Below, one piece after another: positions 30,059 through 35,242 of a stretch of 35,242 bases of DNA (positions are counted from its first letter, which is position 1; each line of letters begins with the position of its first letter). Under the pieces are notes generated by a model, which made no database searches, had not been told where the DNA came from, and saw nothing but the letters and a program-made list of their open reading frames with translations. Source of the DNA: Phoronis australis (lineage: Eukaryota > Animalia > Phoronida); NCBI GenBank assembly GCA_002633005.1, contig NMRA01000759.1:25456-60697 (forward strand), given 5' to 3'. Position numbers and translations under genes: made by a program.

Positions 30059-33000
30059 GTACGTTGAGATTTTTGTAAATGTAGTCTTGATGCTGATTGT
30101 TATGTGAAAGTTTGAATGACAAAAATACACGGCATATATTATTTTTCTGTTAAATTGTTGTGCATTTCTTTATATTGAAAGTGAAAGTGAAATTCGATTC
30201 AAGTTAACGGCACTTACGTAATCTGTCTGTAAATCTCAAGTTCTGACTTTCCTGTCGATACTTTGTCCATTTTAAATGTTATCTTATCCTTTTGCTCTTA
30301 CAATTAAGTTAGGTTCAATCATATTACTTTGCAATTTACTTGGTCACATGTTAAAAATCGTCTGTTGACAGCCACATTTTCGTAAGCCCAACGCCACAAC
30401 TTCTTGTTAAAGTCAGGTGACCCATGATTTAAAATTTTAAACGAAATTAGTTATTTGTGATTGCCGTATAACGATGACCAATGCTGCGTTGTTTTGATTT
30501 CAGGAAGTTGTTAGACATGGATATCTTTTCCAAGTCGGATCCGTGTAAGTGCAATATTTTCATGCATTCCCCACTTCTCAGTCATGGTTAGGGGATATTC
30601 CTGAGCTACATGGAATACTATGGTCTCGCTTCTGTCAAAAGATAATTTTTTTGTTCAATTCGCTTGTGGTTAATAAAATTAACTTCCTGATGGACCTAGT
30701 GAAAATTCAAGCCAAAGTACTTTGTCAGCGGAAGTACAAGTTTCAATTAGTCCATTCGTGATTGATGTTCATTTCAAACTTGTCTATTTCAGTGTGTGTT
30801 CTGTATGCTAAAGAGTTTGCACAGTCTGAATGGCGAGAGGTAATTTTTATGTGTCCGCATTAGCATACGTGGGCTTATGTCGCTTACAGGTGGGGATGGG
30901 ATGGTTGCTTCTGTCTTCTTCTGAATCCCTTCCCAGCTGATCAACCGCGAAATGCAGCTTTTAACTGTGAATCTTTCTGTCATAATTTTGACAAGTATTG
31001 TTTTAAAGCAGATCTCAAAGAATGCATTTTCTTGAGTCGCGGACAGTTTCATATGTTCTTGTTGATAGCGGAAACAGGAATCCTATCATGATGTTTAAGA
31101 ATGTCACTTGGCTGATTTTGTCCATTCTGAGGGGGCAAAATGCAGCCCGAAACTGTTTTTCGTGCTGCTATGAACTTGCTTTCTGTCAGACTGGCAAACA
31201 GATCCCAACTAATTCCTTGTTAGGATTAAAAGTGAATTCTAGGCGTTGCTAAAAATCAAGACAGGACTTGTCGTGGTCATTTTATGTGCTGAAGATGGTC
31301 TCGTGCTAAAATGAATTAAGCTCTATGTGTTTCCAAGCCCAGAAATCCCTTCTCACCACAGTGAGGAACAAGATGATACCAATTTTGTAAAGCTAAATGA
31401 TCTATTTCAAATATATTTTTTTAGGAAGGTGGGTTCATAGCTGCTTTAAAACTATTTCAACTTTAACAAATATCTAAACTTTGTAGGTTGGAAGAACGGA
31501 AGTAATTTGGAACACGCTCAATCCTGACTTTGTTAAAAAATTTGAAATGGAATATCTCTTTGAAGAAAAGCAGCTACTCAAATTTGAAGTGTGAGTATAT
31601 GTTAGATTATTTAGTTGGTAAATATTCTTCTATTGAAGTTGCTGAATCCATGTTTTTAGCCATTTTTGATTGGTTTTGAATAGTTTGAAGTTAAATCTAT
31701 ACACAACAATCATGTTGAGGTTCATTTAGCATTTGATTGGCATTATTTCTGACTTTTCTAGTGACACTGATTAAACTTTTCTCTGACTATTGTTATGAGA
31801 ATACAAGGACACAACGGCTTTGGAGATTTTTTGTTCTTGGGTCAAAGATCATGATATGTTTCGTTGTAAAACAAACACAAAATTTTGTTTGAGTATTCAA
31901 GTTAACAATCTGATTCATGGAACTTGAGTGCCTGCAACTTAGTGTTCTTTCTTCAGGGTCTACATCTCCGGGTCTTTAGTTGTCTATTAAGAAGATGACG
32001 ACACTTTTCCATTTTCGTACAGATTCTGAGCCTCCATTGGCTATTTTTTATCATTTTTGGTCCATGGATTTCAAACCGTCGTTGGAGCTAACCTGTTACT
32101 GGCTGAAAAGCGTGTCCTGCTACTTGCATACTTTGGAGATTATTGTTATGAAATTAATCACGTATTAACTTTAGCTCAGTATTTCATATATACTTGTTCC
32201 AAGTCTTCATGTATTCCTACTCTTCACATGGAAAAGTATGAAATCTAGAGAATCACCTCCTGACTTGCTGGGATTTTTTGAAACCCTAAGACTTATACAT
32301 TCAGTGTACATTCAAGCAGTGCTGGAATGTGTGAATGTGAGAGTGAATGTGTTTTTGGTTGGTTGTTATTTCTTTTCTATTTTTCTGTATTCCATTGTTA
32401 ATTTCTGTTTCTTCAAATAAACTTAATATTTACAAAAAGTAATTCTTGGTTCTGTTTTTTGACATTTGCCTCTCTTGACCAAACTGCTCAAAGGATCATT
32501 ATGATAAATGTCGGATTCTTGATAAGAAGGCGGGCATTTGACATTCATTTTGAAACAGGTCTAGACTATACTGAGCCTGTGTCTTCAGCTTCACCTCCTT
32601 AACCCTTTGTAGGAACTTGTGAAATTTGGCGAGTGTTTTTCTATGACTTTGACAACAGCTGACCACTACTTTTGGAAGGATCTAACTGGCTTGCCCCCTG
32701 GGCAATTTTAGTTTTTTACATTCAACTCTGTTTTGATCTAAAGCACTTTCTGTTATGGAGCTGGTCATCACGTGCTCTGTTTTTCTTATTAGAACTTATT
32801 TCTGAACTGACAGCTTGTTATGATAGTATTACTAGGCTCAACAAGTCGCACTGACCCGACTCATTTTATCATGAGGCAACTCCTGTGCTAACATTTAGGG
32901 TTTTGTTACCTCAATGCATATAGCAAGCTTGAGCCAGACTGTTACTAATCCATCTTAATCGATTCACAAATTAACGCACGTGGCTTAGCTGCGCTGCTGA

Positions 33001-33929
33001 AGAAATCCTATTCACTACAATTTGTCTTATAATGCATCGATTTAGAAAATTCAAAGACATCTGATATTTACTTTTCAGTTTTAAAAGCAGTAGTGTTGAT
33101 AGTTTACCTTACTTTTAGTAGTTTGTTTTTTACTTTAGTTTGAAATTAGTAAGCTTAACATGCGGGTTGTTTACGACCGCAGTTATTTCCATCAATACAC
33201 ATTCGTCGAATTACCAGGAAGAGTGACTAGTTCATCTCAATCCAAGCCTTTGATGTTCCGAGGAGATTCGCTAGATACTCGGAAGTAAACAGTGTCGCTT
33301 TCTAGTATACCTTGCGTGTAAATCCTGTTAGCGTAAGATTTACCTAATGGCTTCTATTCACTTCTTCCCAAGTTCAGAAATTCATAATCTCAGTAAAGAA
33401 CAAGTTAGACCAATTTTATAATAGTAAGTGGACTAACAGACAGAACTTTCAAGGCAATTCAATTGTCTTATAATTTGTACGTCATCTAAAAGGCATTTTC
33501 CCTATTTTTCAGTTATGACAATGATTCAAATACTCCAGATTTAAAGAAACATGTGAGTATAGCATCGTGATACGTTTAGTACAAAGCTGCGCACAGCACA
33601 ACCGTTGGTTTTGTTCTGTTTTGTGCTGGAACCCTTTGTTTTGGCTCTTGTAACGTATTATGAAAATGGTTAAATGCAGACAGTATATTACAATTTTGGG
33701 AGTTAGCATTCCTGACTCATGATACACGATGGAGCAAATGGAGTTAGTATTACTTTATACCGGTTTGCCAGTAGTTTGTTACCTCAGCTAAAGCCAATTA
33801 ACTAAAATTTGACTTCAGTAAGGAAATGTATAAGGTATTTTCTTGACGTTTTTCTTAGGATTTTCTTGGAAGCATGGAGTGCACTCTAGGCAGGATTGTC
33901 AGCAGTGGTCGCCTACAAAGGCCTCTCGA
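29985..33929 (+). CDS. CPNE8: Copine (CPNE5/8/9-like), 3'-partial, C2A domain: join(29985-30058,30504-30544,30793-30839,31487-31590,33513-33552,33859-33929)
   Basis: Spliced translation [125 protein letters not shown]. All introns GT-AG and in phase; Ca2+-ligand aspartates retained. Exact vertebrate paralogue is not assignable. Confidence 0.9.
30504..30544 (+). CDS. CPNE8: Copine coding exon 2 (41 nt)
   Basis: [13 protein letters not shown]; TTTCAG / GTAAGT. Confidence 0.92.
30793..30839 (+). CDS. CPNE8: Copine coding exon 3 (47 nt)
   Basis: CVLY...EWRE; TTTCAG / GTAATT. Confidence 0.9.
31487..31590 (+). CDS. CPNE8: Copine coding exon 4 (104 nt)
   Basis: [14 protein letters not shown]...YLFEEKQ; TTTGTAG / GTGAGT. 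Confidence 0.93.
33513..33552 (+). CDS. CPNE8: Copine coding exon 5 (40 nt)
   Basis: [13 protein letters not shown]; TTTTTCAG / GTGAGT. Confidence 0.9.
33859..33929 (+). CDS. CPNE8: Copine coding exon 6 (71 nt)
   Basis: [15 protein letters not shown]; TTTCTTAG / GTAAGT. Confidence 0.9.
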
Positions 33930-35242
33930 GTAAGTCTAGTCTCAAATATTGTGGCCTTAAAGTTCCGGTCTTTCTGGGTTGCCGTCATGTTTCTTTACAA
34001 TCCTACTGTCCTGTGAGTTAAATGTTTTATTAATTTTCATTCTTTAAAGCATTGCACGAAGAAGAAAGTCTTTGGTAAAAGGAGATCATTAAAAAAGTCG
34101 TTATTGGAAATTGATCACATTGCTGAAAGCTGTTTACATTCCATAAAACTGAATGCTACCTCAAATTGGTAGTTGATTTAAGAAGTTGTAAGGTTAACAT
34201 GATGTGTTTGACCTTGGTCAGGACCTGTGGAGTTCAGTATCACCCCCTTGTCATCAATGATATAATTACTTTGGAGAACAGCAGAACTTTAACTACTGTA
34301 CCAGTGCATTGTACTGTTACAGGGAAACTTCTAGATCTCTGTTGTGGGATACATGCCTACAATCACACCTAAAATATCTACTCAATTTGTACTGCCATCC
34401 CGGATTGCACGCAGCACTCAAATCTCACTGCAATCGTGACTGTCAAGCACTTTCGTGTACTTAATTGTCTTGGTGCCATTGGAGTTCTTTCCACGTGTTA
34501 CTTTTACAGTAATATTCTCTTCAACTTTTTCTCAGCTGCATTACAGCTATTATTTGTCCTTCCATTGCCAACGAAGTGTCATGATTTGTAACTTATAGAT
34601 GCTCCGCCCCTCCCCCCTGTGGGGCGACCTTCCCGATTTTGGTGATCGAGAACTTGGATTACAGCCGTGTCATTATCAGTTTGACAGCGATAACAAGGGG
34701 AGAATGTTAGCAAACCAAGAATGTTTTCATAGTCCAGCTCTCTCGTAGTCTGCATTCATCTGAATCCAGCATGCAGTCATACATTGTAAACCGAGTGCTC
34801 CTGTCGCTAACCGTTATTTAAAAACTACTATTTGCAAACGCCTTTGAACAAATGCCGTGTAAATGTATTTCATATGAAGAGCTCCGAAATCTCATAAAGT
34901 GGGGAGATATAAGGACGGTCGAGCAAAATAGTCCAAACCAAACCTATCGAATTATGCTTAACATAATCGGACCATGGTCTGCTAGCTAGTCCGATCTTAT
35001 CGAGCATCATGTCGTGAACACATCCACTAAAACAAGAAACTGTAGGAACACCGCATTTATCCACCTTCACTCTTATCAGGCTTCTATTGAGAGTCAGCAT
35101 GCGTGAATAATTGGCTGATAAGCCACCTCTGGAACTACTTTGGGCTGAATGGATGACCAGGCCATAAAATGATAATTAGCCAAGACCAGTTACTATAATG
35201 CAACAAAGAACAAGTAATAATGTCTTGCATCACCTAGCCTTG

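Noticed and set aside
32641-32690. YDFDNS-like stretch as an alternative copine exon 5
   Set aside because: No AG acceptor in front, in-frame TGA follows, and a proper 40-nt exon exists at 33513-33552.
33208-33223. GAATTACCAGGAAGAG as a fourth micro-palindrome
   Set aside because: Shares sequence with the left arms but has no inverted partner and no flanking duplication.
34599-34710. Next copine exon (CSAPPPCGATF...)
   Set aside because: No resemblance to the expected GTI...AEE / LDKKD...SDP sequence and it runs into a stop; the next exon is probably beyond the window.

Overview
Eukaryotic (metazoan, probably marine invertebrate; species cannot be fixed from sequence) AT-rich genomic DNA from a draft assembly (single n at 3573 and 8101; 327-n gap at 26594-26920). 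All protein genes are on the + strand: (1) the 3' half of UBXN6 (PUB end + UBX domain, 1-675, no introns in this stretch); (2) an unrecognised single-exon 653-aa ORF (8681-10642) with an internal 70-aa duplication and a CRE-rich promoter; (3) a complete 10-exon HROB/C17orf53/MCM8IP model (12788-24200, 2568 nt CDS = 855 aa, all GT-AG, all phases consistent); (4) the first six coding exons of a copine (CPNE5/8/9-like, C2A domain, 29985-33929, continues past the window). Intergenic and intronic DNA is full of decayed mobile DNA: L1/Tx1 and CR1/L2-group LINE fragments, tRNA-derived SINE-like repeats, solo-LTR candidates, and several MITEs (a TA-flanked pogo/Tc1-type, a hAT-like one). The most unusual signal is a set of 22-37-bp CAGGA...TCCTG palindromes flanked by 7-9-bp direct repeats, one of which has an empty-site paralogue in the window; they resemble P-element-type excision footprints or minimal transposons. 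No prokaryotic-type system (CRISPR, operon) is present. All identifications are from motif recognition, with no database search.
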